From the NCBI RefSeq assembly GCF_001194135.2, contig NC_068987.1, positions 8,243,100 to 8,307,099 on the forward strand: a stretch of 64,000 nt of DNA, written 5' to 3'. This stretch comes from Octopus bimaculoides (lineage: Eukaryota). Positions 13,295-25,356 of the stretch are shown one piece after another. The notes under the pieces were generated by a model. The model was not told the origin of the DNA, ran no database searches, and saw nothing but the letters and a program-made list of their open reading frames with translations. The translations under genes and the position numbers were made by a program. Numbering within the stretch: the stretch's first letter is position 1; the number at the start of each line of letters is the position of its first letter.

Positions 13295-13645
13295 ACGTAT
13301 AGGGTAAGGGTGAAAACCCCGCTTCAGTCACAAATGACCATGGGATTGCACTTAGAAAGTTCCTCTTTCAAGGCACAAGTCCAGGCAAGGTTGTTTATAG
13401 AAGACTAGCAGTCACCAATACCCATGCATACCAGCCTCCCCTCTCCATGCCACTGATGCTATCCAAGAGAAAGGCAAAAGTCCGATACAGCTTGGCACCT
13501 GTGACGTCACAACTCATTTCTACAGGTGAGTGAACTGGAGCAATGTGAAATAAAGTGTCTTGCTCAAGAACACAAAACATAGCCTGGTCCAGGAATCGAA
13601 CTCACTACCTCATGATTGTGAACCTGACACTCTAACCACTGAGCC
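13295..13645 (-). mobile_element. SINE family F (tRNA head plus CORE-like domain)
   Basis: Minus strand: GGCTCAGTGGTTAG (A box) ..GAGTTCGATTCC (B box) ..GTGTTCTTGAGCAAGACACTTTATTTCACATTGCTCCAGTTCACTC. Confidence 0.8.
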
Positions 13646-14449
13646 TTGTGTGTGTATTGTGTAAGTAAACAGATGCATAAATTAGTACAAACTGATGACT
13701 GNNNNNNNNNNNNNNNNNNNNNNNNNNNNNNNNNNNNNNNNNNNNNNNNNNNNNNNNNNNNNNNNNNNNNNNNNNNNNNNNNNNNNNNNNNNNNNNNNNN
13801 NNNNNNNNNNNNNNNNNNNNNNNNNNNNNNNNNNNNNNNNNNNNNNNNNNNNNNNNNNNNNNNNNNNNNNNNNNNNNNNNNNNNNNNNNNNNNNNNNNNN
13901 NNNNNNNNNNNNNNNNNNNNNNNNNNNNNNNNNNNNNNNNNNNNNNNNNNNNNNNNNNNNNNNNNNNNNNNNNNNNNNNNNNNNNNNNNNNNNNNNNNNN
14001 NNNNNNNNNNNNNNNNNNNNNNNNNNNNNNNNNNNNNNNNNNNNNNNNNNNNNNNNNNNNNNNNNNNNNNNNNNNNNNNNNNNNNNNNNNNNNNNNNNNN
14101 NNNNNNNNNNNNNNNNNNNNNNNNNNNNNNNNNNNNNNNNNNNNNNNNNNNNNNNNNNNNNNNNNNNNNNNNNNNNNNNNNNNNNNNNNNNNNNNNNNNN
14201 NNNNNNNNNNNNNNNNNNNNNNNNNNNNNNNNNNNNNNNNNNNNNNNNNNNNNNNNNNNNNNNNNNNNNNNNNNNNNNNNNNNNNNNNNNNNNNNNNNNN
14301 NNNNNNNNNNNNNNNNNNNNNNNNNNNNNNNNNNNNNNNNNNNNNNNNNNNNNNNNNNNNNNNNNNNNNNNNNNNNNNNNNNNNNNNNNNNNNNNNNNNN
14401 NNNNNNNNNNNNNNNNNNNNNGGATTTTAAAACTTGATACTCGTTCTCT

Positions 14450-14800
14450 CTCTGTCTCCTCTGTCGGACCGAGAAGCTACAGGGATGCAAACAAACCAAT
14501 ACTGGTTGTGAAACAGTGGTAGGGGACAAACACACACACACACACACATCATCATCATCATCAATTTTTAACGTCCGCTTTCCATGTTGGCATGGGTTGG
14601 ACAGTTTGACTGAGGACTGTCAAGCCAGAAGGCTGCACCAGGCTCCAATCTGATCTGGCAGAGTTTCTACAGCTGGATGCTCTTCCTAACACCAACCACT
14701 CCAAGAGTGTAGTGGATGCTTTTACATGCCACCAGCACAGGGGCCAGTCAGGCGGCACTGGCATTGACCATGCTCGAATGGTACTTTTTACGTGCCAGGA
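14450..14800 (-). mobile_element. SINE C tail fragment (14450-14548) abutting a family D retroposon (14548-14800)
   Basis: CATCATCATC..TTTAACGTCCGCTTTCCATGTTGGCATGGGTTGGAC..CTACAGCTGGATGCTCTTCCTAACACCAACC. Confidence 0.8.
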
Positions 14801-15616
14801 TTTTATGCAATTATTGACTTAATGATCCACCTCATGACCCACAAAGGCTAAAGCTGCTAATCTGGCCATCTTCAGAAACATCCTGATAAAGCTTGACCCA
14901 TTCAAGCCGGTCGTCCGTTTAAACTGACCCTTAATCTATAAGGGTATAAAACAAATACTTGATACAAATTGTAATTTGTGTATGATCTGTATCAAAGAAT
15001 GAAACATGTCCTTAACGCGTATGCAGTCTGCATCAAACGGATTTCAATGAAATTTTTTTTCAGTTGTTATTTGGGTCAAAATAATAGTTTCTGTGAATTT
15101 TCAGGCAATTTCATTCACNNNNNNNNNNNNNNNNNNNNNNNNNNNNNNNNNNNNNNNNNNNNNNNNNNNNNNNNNNNNNNNNNNNNNNNNNNNNNNNNNN
15201 NNNNNNNNNNNNNNNNNNNNNNNNNNNNNNNNNNNNNNNNNNNNNNNNNNNNNNNNNNNNNNNNNNNNNNNNNNNNNNNNNNNNNNNNNNNNNNNNNNNN
15301 NNNNNNNNNNNNNNNNNNNNNNNNNNNNNNNNNNNNNNNNNNNNNNNNNNNNNNNNNNNNNNNNNNNNNNNNNNNNNNNNNNNNNNNNNNNNNNNNNNNN
15401 NNNNNNNNNNNNNNNNNNNNNNNNNNNNNNNNNNNNNNNNNNNNNNNNNNNNNNNNNNNNNNNNNNNNNNNNNNNNNNNNNNNNNNNNNNNNNNNNNNNN
15501 NNNNNNNNNNNNNNNNNNNNNNNNNNNNNNNNNNNNNNNNNNNNNNNNNNNNNNNNNNNNNNNNNNNNNNNNNNNNNNNNNNNNNNNNNNNNNNNNNNNN
15601 NNNNNNNNNNNNNNNC

Positions 15617-15775
15617 TCACCACCACCCTGCCTTTGACTCTCTCTCTCTCTCACCACCACCCTGCCTTTGACTCTCTCTCTCTCTCACCACCACCCTGCC
15701 TTTGACTCTCTCTCTCTCTCTCACCACCACCACCACCACCCTGCCTTTGACTCTCTCTCTCTCTCACCACCACCT
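15617..15775. repeat. Minisatellite of about 34-45 bp (CACCACCACCCTGCCTTTGACTCTCTCTCTCT), 4 copies visible, begins at a gap edge
   Basis: Direct reading. Confidence 0.92.
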
Positions 15776-16361
15776 TACATTATTACCCTGAATATAAACT
15801 ATAAGCTCTGTAATTTTCCTTCTTTGATGCATAATTTTTGCTTTTGTATGCAATAAATAATAGTAGTGATTAGGTAGTTACCATGCATAATGCCGTCCAG
15901 TACAGCCTGATTTGCTGAGTTAGTAGTTGCCTATTACAAACACACACTACATTATTAGCACATTCTCTGAATTTACTCTCTGCTTCATTTATTTTATACC
16001 CTCGTATCAAACGGTCTTTATTCATGGCATTTGTTCAGACAGCTGTTTTCTCTCCATCATAGTAGCGTACTTGTTAATCTAACCGTTCCCTTTTTCTTCT
16101 CTAACGCTGATTCCAAAGTCGATAGTATAATCGTAGTCTGATCAGATAGCAGCTCACCCTTGAAGATTCTGGAATGTTTCAATTTATAATCCTTCCACCC
16201 CTTAAATTATTGGGTGGGTGGGTGTTGGGTCATCGAAAGATTTGAAGGCAGGATGATAATCTATTTATTAAGGCAAATAGGATCTTTGTAGAACAGAAAC
16301 AGTAAGGTGTTTGGTGTGATTTGGGACCGTTTGAAGTGCTGAGCTTCAGGGATTGATTAAG

Positions 16362-16863
16362 AAGGCATGGCTGGGCAACTTTGTGGTTTTGGGTTCAGTC
16401 CCACTGTGTGACACCTCACGGCAAGTATCTTCTAGTATATCCCTGGGTAAACCAATGCCTTGTGAGTATTTATGGTAGATGGAAACTATCTGGAAGTCTA
16501 CTGTGTATGTATGTATGTATGTATGTATGTGTGTGTGTGTGTGTGTTTATGTCTCTCACCTCTACTTAAGTCTGGCACTTATTCTGTCAGTCTTGTTTGC
16601 TGTACTGCGAAGTTACAAGAATGTAGACAAACCAACAGCTGTTGTCAAGCAATGGGAGAAACAAAGACACACACACACCACCCACACCACACTACACACA
16701 CCACACAGCTTACCACATCACACACCGCACACACACACATGATCAACTTCTACATAGTTTCCATCTTCCAAATTCACTCAGAATTACAGAAAACACTTGC
16801 CCAAGGACTGAACCCAGAAGCACATGGTTACCAAGTGAGCTTCTTAACCACCCAGCCATGCCT
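16362..16863. mobile_element. Two oppositely oriented SINE C copies (+ 16362-16565; - 16574-16863)
   Basis: GGGTTCAGTCCCACTG..GGCAAGTATCTTCTAG on +; ACACTTGCCCAAGGACTGAACCCAG..CTTAACCACCCAGCCATG on -. Confidence 0.75.
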
Positions 16864-16998
16864 TCCCTGTATATTGAGAAAAATATTTGTTTTTTTATGT
16901 CCTTGTTTTGCCTGATTTCTTTTATGTGAAACGATGCATTGATAAGAGATGTAGCTGCATCCTGGGAGGATCATTTTACTCTTTTACTTGTTCAGGCC

Positions 16999-17100
16999 AC
17001 AGCAGAAGACACTTGCTCAAGGTGCCACGCAGCGGGACTGAACCCGGAACCATGTGGTTGGTAAGCAAGCTACTTACCACACAGCCACTCCTGCACCTAT
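16999..17100 (-). mobile_element. SINE C head
   Basis: GAAGACACTTGCTCAAGGTGCCACGCAGCGGGACTGAACCCGGAACCATGTGGTTGGTAAGCAAGCTACTTACCACACAGCCAC. Confidence 0.88.
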
Positions 17101-17450
17101 CATCATTTTGTCAATAAAAACACATACACTGCTTCTATTCTCCTTCTTTTTTCTTCTTATCATTTTTATCATCATCACACAATTGGTTAACTAATTAATC
17201 AGTTAACTTAGCATGACCAATAGTTTGATTGATTAATCAATCACTTGTTTTATTATAGTCCTTTTATCATCGTTATCAAAATTTGCAATCTCATCAATGA
17301 CATGCTCTCATCAGCTCCAGATATCTGTTGCTATGCTCCCTCACTGAGTACAGTATCTTATTATTGTACTTATTGATTTTGGAATGTGTGTGTGTGTTTT
17401 GCTTATTTGCATTTAAATAATGGTAGTTTTAATATTTCAAAAAAATATTT

Positions 17451-17666
17451 GGCGCTGAACTGGCAGAACCATTAGCATGCCAGTCAAAATGTTCAGTGGT
17501 ATTTCGTTTGTTTTTATGTTCTGGGTTCAAATTCTACCAAGGTCGATACTGCTTTTTATTATTTCAAGGTCGATAAATTAAGTACAGTTGAGCACTGGGG
17601 TTGATGTAATTGCCTTATCCTCTCCCCCAAAATTGCTGGCCTTGTGCTAGAATTTGAAATCAGTAT
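17451..17666 (+). mobile_element. SINE family B
   Basis: CTGGCAGAACCATTAGCATGCC..GGGTTCAAATTCTACCAAGGTCGA..GGTCGATAAATTAAGTAC. Confidence 0.82.
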
Positions 17667-17697
17667 TTCAAAAAATTTTCTGTTTCTTCAATTTTCA

Positions 17698-18045
17698 AGC
17701 ATTTTGTTGGTGTCGTATATGAAGCACCTATGCTGGTGTCACATTAAGAGCAGTCATGTTGGCGCTACATGAATAACACCAGTGCTGGTGCCATGTAAAA
17801 ATCATCCATGCTGGTTCCACGTGTGAAGTGCCTGTGCTGGTGCTACACAAAAAGCACCTGTGTTAGTGCAGCATAAAAAGCACCCAGTACACTCTGTAGA
17901 GGGGCTGGTATTAAGAAGGGCATCCAGCAATAAAAACCATGCCAAAACAGACAGCTGGAACCTGGTGCAGTCTTCAAGCTTGCTAAAACTGTCCAACCCA
18001 TGCCTGCATGGAAAACAGACATGATGATGATGATGATGATGAAAA
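17698..18045 (+). mobile_element. Family D retroposon with seven 26-bp VNTR units and (TGA)n tail
   Basis: Units start at 17698, 17724, 17750, 17776, 17802, 17828 and 17854; tail GTCCAACCCATGCCTGCATGGAAAACAGACATGATGATGATG. Confidence 0.82.
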
Positions 18046-18050
18046 TGCAT

Positions 18051-18131
18051 GTCCAAGGTGCCACGCAGTAGGACAGAACCTGGAACCATGTAGTTGGAAA
18101 GCAAACTTCGTACCACACAGCCATGCCTGTG
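18051..18131 (-). mobile_element. SINE C head
   Basis: CCAAGGTGCCACGCAGTAGGACAGAACCTGGAACCATGT..ACCACACAGCC. Confidence 0.8.
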
Positions 18132-18750
18132 CTTTCAAATTGTCGATTGTATTTTTTATTTTTTAAGACAGTAGACTTTGTATAATTTTAGGAAGATTTG
18201 ACTGCTATTTCTTGCAAGTTGAGCGTTCACATAGCAGCTTCTGTTGTTAGTTCAAAGAGTGGGGTGAGGTGTTGAAATGGGATACCATGAAACCCCCACT
18301 CCACCCTAGCACTCTAATGTTTTTCAGCTTCATTAACGAGCTCTATTTTTAGACAGATTCATCTTTGAGCCTCTATCTAGTCTTACTGCCATAGATATTC
18401 CGTATTCTATTTTTGTGTGTGCTGCACACAGTCACGCAATTACTTGTTCTTGTGGGGGCCAAAATAACTAGCCCTTCCTTGCTTACACATAAATCATTGA
18501 CCTTTCGGTACAAGGCACAAACTGTGGGTGATGGAAACAATATTAAAATGAAGAACCTTGTTGTTTAATCATTAAAGTAAATTGCCTGGAATTCCCCAAA
18601 TTTTCATGTTGTGACCTTATAGTCTGAGAGACGTTTTTTTTTTCTTTTTCGTACGTGCCTTTTTATTATTGTTCTTGTACTTGTTGTTGTTGTTGTTGTT
18701 GAAATCTATGAAGCTTTTATGTGTTGTGTTGTGGATACATTGACAAACAT

Positions 18751-19151
18751 GGAGGGCAATGGCCCAGTGGTTAGGGCAGCGGACTCGCGGTCATAGGATC
18801 GCGGTTTCGATTCCCAGACCGGGCGTTGTGAGTGTTTATTGAGCGAAAAACACCTAAAGCTTCATGAGGCTCCGGCAGGGGGATGGTGGGGAACCCTGCT
18901 GTACTCTTTCACCACAACTTTCTCTCACTCTAACTTCCTGCTTCTGTTGTGCCTGTAATTCAAAGGGTCAGCCTTGTCACACTCTGTGTCACGCTGAATC
19001 TCCCTCAAGAACTACATTAAGGGTACACGTGTCTGTGGAGTGCTCAGCCACTTGCACGTTAATTTCACGAGCAGGCTGTTCCGTTGATCGGATCAACTGG
19101 AACCCTCGACGTTGTAAGCGACGGAATGCCAACAACAACAACAACAACAAC
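18751..19151 (+). mobile_element. Full-length young tRNA-derived SINE (family A) with 14-bp TSD and (CAA)n tail
   Basis: A box TGGCCCAGTGG at 18760, B box GGTTTCGATTCC at 18803, CpGs intact, (CAA)n tail; TSD ACATTGACAAACAT at 18737-18750 and 19152-19165. Confidence 0.93.
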
Positions 19152-19389
19152 ACATTGACAAACATTTTAGGCTCTTTGGGAACTTTTTATTAAAATTATA
19201 CCAGACACACACACACATACTCATGCGCACACACGCACCTATATACATTTATCATCATGGAGGAAATTAGTTTGTCTTGTAGCAATAATAAAATTGTTTC
19301 AAATTTTGGCACAAGGCCAGCAATCTCGTATGTGGTGGGGCAAGTCGATTACATTGACCCTAGTACTTTGTGTGCATTAGTCTTATCTT

Positions 19390-19620
19390 GACTTCTTGTA
19401 ATAGCTGTAAATGAGTGCCACTGTTATACAAGCAGTGTCCTTCATTTCCAGTGTTCCATGAAAGCATGTCCGGTTATGGGGAGATTATTACCTTACTTGA
19501 AAACAGGTGATGGTTGGCAGCAGGGAGAGTATCCAGCTGTAGAAAATCTGCCTCAGTAAAGTCTTTCCAACTCATGCAAGCATGGAAAAGAAGACATTAA
19601 CCTAATGATGATGATGATGA
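19390..19620 (+). mobile_element. SINE 3' module with the (TGA)n tail shared with family D
   Basis: GTAAATGAGTGCCACTG..CCATGAAAGCATGTCC..GGTTGGCAGCAGGGAGAGTATCCAGCTGTAGAAAATCTGCC..GCATGGAAAAG; also at 34930-35110 and 45370-45515. Confidence 0.7.
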
Positions 19621-19636
19621 TAATAATAATGATAAT

Positions 19637-20186
19637 ATACCAAGCAGTGGCTCTCATGGCTTCTGATCTTAATTGATTGGAAGTGTTATCATGTACATTG
19701 TTTTGTCTTGGTATAAAAAGATGGTCTACAGCAAATATTCTGCTCAATACCACAGATTTGCTTGTCAATTGTTTGACCTTAACCAGTTGAGCATGTCCCT
19801 TAGTGGCTGACGATATTTGCATCTCGGATCATGAGCAGAAGTATTAGGGGAGCATCATAGCCATGTGTTGAGAGGAATTCTTTGGGGGTTTGAATAATTC
19901 ACCTCTGGAAACATGGGTGTTTTACTTGTTCATCATCCTTAAACAACCCTTATTTAGGGATCTTTTGAGCAGGGTGGGCTACTCGACCTGAAGAAAATTC
20001 TAACTGGGCCCCACCTGCAAAGTCATGGTGTGATTATCTTGGTATGAGATCACCATGTTGTGTACATATGGTTGTGATGCATGTGCCTGGTGTCCCCTTA
20101 TCACGTGGGTAGTCATGATGAGTATATTGGGCTTCGTGTATTTTACCCCAGTGTCACTTTGATGGCATGCACTGCTCTCTCACCCA
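19637..20186. mobile_element. Family E interspersed repeat embedded in (TAA)n, possibly related to R4/Dong non-LTR elements
   Basis: High identity to 31559-31972; AAT repeats at both ends; no ORF. Confidence 0.75.
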
Positions 20187-20974
20187 ATAATAATAATAAT
20201 AATCTTCTGTTCTCTTTCTCCTATCTCTCACTCTCTCTCCTTTTTCCTTCTCCTCCTTCAATTATGGTTAAAAGAATCAGGTGGGAACTCCCAGAGAAAA
20301 GTTCAGTTATTTCTACACAATATACTGGCCTCCTCCATGATGTTTTGCAGACAGACAGCTAGACATCTGACACTGGAGAGAACAAGTCACCTTATCAACT
20401 TCTCTTCTTCTCTCTCCATTTTCCGCTTTTAAAAGTCTGTCTTATTTGTTTTTATTCAACATCTTTACCTATTCTTTTTCGTTTTTCTTTATTTACTGTT
20501 ACTTTTATCATATTTTTCTTTTTATTCCATCTTCTGCCCCCCCCCCTCTTTTTTTTACTTGTTCATTTTGTTTTTCTTTTGGTTTTTCTTTATTTTCACC
20601 ATGTGTGAGAGAGAGAGAGAGTATGTGTCTTTCTGTCTCTCACCTTTCCCCTCTCTTCAATTAGAACTGCCTACCACCACCACCACCACCACAACTAACT
20701 AACTACTACTATCACCACTACTGGTATGGCTACTGTTTCCTTGAGATCTGGAACTATTTAGTAAGTTTACTTCTGGAAGGTTCTGAACTTTGCTTGGCTA
20801 TCTTCTGACAGCAGATGTAATTTAACTTGGCTTTTCACTTTGAAGTCACTTGCTTCAGAACAAGTCAATAAAACAACTTCCCAAATAAGCCGCTGGTTTC
20901 TTTGCCTTAAACGCCCTCCTCCTACTGCTCCTCTTTCCTGGCTGCATTTCATTTGCTTTGTGTGTGTGTGTGTA

Positions 20975-21013
<39 letters not shown>

Positions 21014-21309
21014 GCTGTTGTCTTTTACTTACCGTAATGTAATTATCAAACAGTTCGGTATTGTTACATCATATTTCCTTGCTTCCTTTTGAAGTACGAA
21101 ATTGTGTGTATATGTATGTGGGTGTGGGTGTGTTTGTGTATGATTGTATGTCTGTGTGTATGGAGGATTTTATAGACTAGCAGTGATCATGGCTGTGGGT
21201 CTGTCTCTCCCTCTTTCTCTCTCTCTCTGTCTCTCACACACACACACACACACACACACAGAGCATAATGTACAAAGAAAGCCACCAGCGGGTAGCCTAA
21301 GCCCCACTG

Positions 21310-21500
21310 GACATCACTGCCTCGACATTCCCCCTGGACTGGATCCTAGGCTGTTGCAGTTTTACCCTTTTACAGCTGAGTGGACTGGGGCAACATGAAA
21401 TTAAGTATTTTGCTCAAAAACGCAATGCACTGCCTGCTCCAGGAATTGAAACCACAATCTTGCAATCATAAGTAAAACACCCTTACCACTAGGCCATGCA
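21310..21500 (-). mobile_element. SINE family F
   Basis: Minus strand: GGCCTAGTGGTAAGG..GGTTTCAATTCCTGGAGCAG..TTTTGAGCAAAATACTTAATTTCATGTTGCCCCAGTCCACTCAGCTGTAAAA. Confidence 0.7.
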
Positions 21501-21619
21501 CTTAACCCATTAAAATGTCAATTAATTGAAAAACTTTGTTTTGCATACTTCTTCACATTTGCACACGTTGCCTCCCCCCTCCGCCTTATTTCACACATTA
21601 TTATTATTCTTGTACTACA

Positions 21620-21850
21620 TGCATACACTCAGACACACACTTACACTCAGACTCACACTCAGGTACACACTCACTCACATTCAAGCAATACTCACTCACA
21701 CTCAGACACACACACTCACACTCAGACACACACATTCACACTCAAGCTCACACTTACACTCAGACACTTACATTCAGACTCACACTCAAACACTCACACT
21801 CAGGCAACACTCACTCATACTCAAGCACACACACTCAGGCACACACCACA
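21620..21850. repeat. Degenerate CACACTCAG-type low-complexity array
   Basis: Direct reading. Confidence 0.85.
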
Positions 21851-21899
21851 CACTCTATGTATAATAGATAATCCACTAATATCCCATGGCTCTTTGTAT

Positions 21900-22098
21900 G
21901 TGTGTGTGTTAGATTTATCCGTCAGCCACTGTTTGACAAGTGTTGGTTTGTTTACATCTCACTAACTTAGTGGTTTGACAAAGTGACTGATGATATAGCA
22001 ACCAGACTTAACTACAAAATAACTACTCTGATTGATTTGTCTAACCCAACCCTTTAGCATGGCTGCCATCCAATGACTGAAACCAGTAAAGGATGAAA
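21900..22098 (+). mobile_element. SINE C tail, degenerate
   Basis: GTTGGTTTGTTTACATCTCACTAACTTAGTGGTTTGACAAAG..CCAATGACTGAAACCAGTAAAGG. Confidence 0.65.
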
Positions 22099-23431
22099 GA
22101 AACAGCTCGTTGGAAACCATGCACGTTCACACAATGAAAACACATGCTTACATTCTTAAGCACACACACACACACACAATTTGCACAAATGTTTTTGATT
22201 TCCCAGATAAAGAGCCAGTAAGGCAATGGCACTACAATAGCCTTAGTTTTTAAAATATTTGGCCTCTAAAATAAAGGATTTGTGTGAGAAAGAGAGAGAG
22301 AGACTTGTGAATTCAGTTTCTGGTTGCTATGCAACAAAAGGAGTATTGTGATAAGAAAACCACGAAGTAAATTGTTCCTTCTCTTGTGGTGGTTGTTGTT
22401 GTTATTTAACTTCAGATCAGCCCTAAGTTAGCAGGTCTATGACCAAAGACATTCTGGCCACGACCTTCACGTTTTAAGGGAATACCGTTTCATTGGGCTG
22501 CTGTGTGTGTTAATGAAGAAGGATTATAGACCAGCAGTGACCATGGCAGCGGGTCTTTTCTCCCTTTCTCTTGCATGGCATAATATATTAAGAAAGGCAC
22601 CAGCCTGTAGCCGTTGACCTCTGACATTACTGTTTTCAGTCCTGGGGCTCATAGGCCAATTACCTAGTTTCCATGACATATAAGTTCTTCGGGTCAAATA
22701 CCCATGTAGCGCTTGCCTCCTTAACTCATAGAGGTGTTTGTTACTGTTGTTGATGTTGGTTACATTTCAATCCTTAACCTCATGAAACGTGTTGTCAATC
22801 ACATTACAAGAATGGTGTTCTGCAATTCCATTTCCATACCTTTTCTCTTACTGCTTTTATAGTTCTTAACAAATTACTAAACGTTAGGCGGATAATTATA
22901 GGAAATATACTAAAACAAGTCTTGCCTCCACTTTTCGAAGAGACAAAGTTCTTAAGTGCTACAAGGAATGGGAAGGCTATTTTTATTTTTTGCAGTATTA
23001 ATGTTGGCTCCTTACATTCTGAGTTCAAATGGGTCACTAAGGTTGACTTTGCCATTCACCCATTCAGAGTTGACAAAATAAGTATCAGTTGAACACCGGG
23101 TGAGATGGGGTGGGGTTGAGGGTTAGTCAATTAACCTTAACACCCCACTCCTCCACAAAAAAAAAACAGGTCTTGTGCCTATAATAGAAGGGATTAAGCG
23201 CCTCCCCCTCTGGGAGTTCTATTTATTTATCTATTTATTTATTATATCTTTCTCTGTTTTCTTCCTCTGTTTAGACGAACTTTCCTACCTTTTCGGACAA
23301 AACTTTTTGTAACCTTCATCCTGTCTTTGTCCTTACATGTTTTTAATTGATATTAGCCCTTGTGGCCAATAAAACGAATTAATTATTATTATTATTATTG
23401 TCATTATGTTCATTTTTATCATTATTATTGC

Positions 23432-23655
23432 TGCGAGGTGACGAGCTGGTAGAATCGTTAGCGTTCTGGACAAAATGCTTAGCGATATTTTGCCCATCGC
23501 TGTGTTCTGAGTTCAAATTCTGCCAAGGTCGACTTTGTCTTTCATCCTTTCGCCATCAATGAACTAAGTACCAGTAAAACACCGTAGTCGATGTAATCGA
23601 CTATCCCCCCACCCCCAAATTTCAGGCCCTGTGTCTTTAGTAGAAAGGATTATTA
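23432..23655 (+). mobile_element. SINE family B (a second, older fragment lies at about 23000-23195)
   Basis: GAGCTGGTAGAATCGTTAGC..GAGTTCAAATTCTGCCAAGGTCGACTTTG..AAATTTCAGGCCCTGTGTCTTTAGTAGAAAGGATTATT. Confidence 0.85.
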
Positions 23656-25067
23656 TTATTATAATTATTATTATCATTATTGCTGTTGCTACCATTAGAA
23701 ACATATGTGCTAGTTCTAGTCTTCATCTCTTCGGGGTATGAGATTATAATGGTGGTTTCACTACTTCAGGAACTTGAACTTTCTTTTTTTTTTTTTTTTT
23801 TTTNNNNNNNNNNNNNNNNNNNNNNNNNNNNNNNNNNNNNNNNNNNNNNNNNNNNNNNNNNNNNNNNNNNNNNNNNNNNNNNNNNNNNNNNNNNNNNNNN
23901 NNNNNNNNNNNNNNNNNNNNNNNNNNNNNNNNNNNNNNNNNNNNNNNNNNNNNNNNNNNNNNNNNNNNNNNNNNNNNNNNNNNNNNNNNNNNNNNNNNNN
24001 NNNNNNNNNNNNNNNNNNNNNNNNNNNNNNNNNNNNNNNNNNNNNNNNNNNNNNNNNNNNNNNNNNNNNNNNNNNNNNNNNNNNNNNNNNNNNNNNNNNN
24101 NNNNNNNNNNNNNNNNNNNNNNNNNNNNNNNNNNNNNNNNNNNNNNNNNNNNNNNNNNNNNNNNNNNNNNNNNNNNNNNNNNNNNNNNNNNNNNNNNNNN
24201 NNNNNNNNNNNNNNNNNNNNNNNNNNNNNNNNNNNNNNNNNNNNNNNNNNNNNNNNNNNNNNNNNNNNNNNNNNNNNNNNNNNNNNNNNNNNNNNNNNNN
24301 NNNNNNNNNNNNNNNNNNNNAGAAGAATTACTGCAAAACTTTCTGTTCCTTGTGTTGTTGAATTTCAATAATTATACATTTTCTTCTGTCTTTGAACTGA
24401 GAAGGTTTTCTATTCCCCCCCCCCTCCTTTTATTTCTCAAACCCACTCCTGCCTCAGAATTTCATTTTTGTTTGTTCTTGTTTTATTTTTGTCTTCCTTT
24501 GATCTTGATAGAAACTTGCTGAAAATGTGCTTTTGGATACATTTTATGGACCCCTCCTTTGTTATGGATACTGTTGCTGGATGGTGCTTTCTTTTACTGT
24601 CTCTGGCATCATTGTAGCTGTTGCCATGCCTTTCTCAAAAGATACCCACAATAGACTTCTTGGCTACATTGTCTCACTGTTTTATTGCATTCATATGCTA
24701 ATAATGAGGCCTTCCTAATTGTAGCCCCACCTTCTCTACCCTCAACCCCATCCCTTCCTCCTCACTTCTTCCTCCATCCCATCCTATTTTTCTCTACTTC
24801 TCTGATTAAAGGTGATTAATAAATCACTTCATCTCTCTTTAAGGGCATCGTTTCATGTTTCACAGGATGCATGTTTTTCCTTCTGAAATCATGGACAGAT
24901 CTTTTACTCCTTTACTGGTTCCAGCATCACTTATCTTAGATATAGTCTTCATATTCCTTATTTACCAATCATATCACAAAAGAAAAGTGTGCCCCTACCA
25001 CTCCTGTTTTAATTACTTTTATATAATTTACAAAAAATTGTTTGAGGTTGAACTGAAATTTATCTTT

Positions 25068-25356
25068 TACATGTTTCAATTATTGTACTGTGACCATGCT
25101 GGGGCACTCACTACCTTTGGAGGGTTTAGTTGTAAAAAATTGACCCCTGTACTTATTTTTATAAAAGATTGGTATTTGTTTTTTGGCCTATTTTGCTATG
25201 TTATTTGAACATAAACAAACCAGCAATGGTTATCAAGCAATGTGGTGGGGCATACACATGTACACTCATGACATCTTGGGCAAGTGTCTTCTACTATATA
25301 GAAGTTGACCAAAACCTTGAGTGGATTTGGTAGACAGAAACTGAAAGAAGCCCATC

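Noticed and set aside
13564-14547. Long X-filled ORFs here and at the other gaps
   Set aside because: Artefacts of reading through N runs.
18751-18830. tRNA-gene-like A and B boxes
   Set aside because: This is the SINE head: it continues into a SINE body with tail and TSD, so it is not a tRNA gene.
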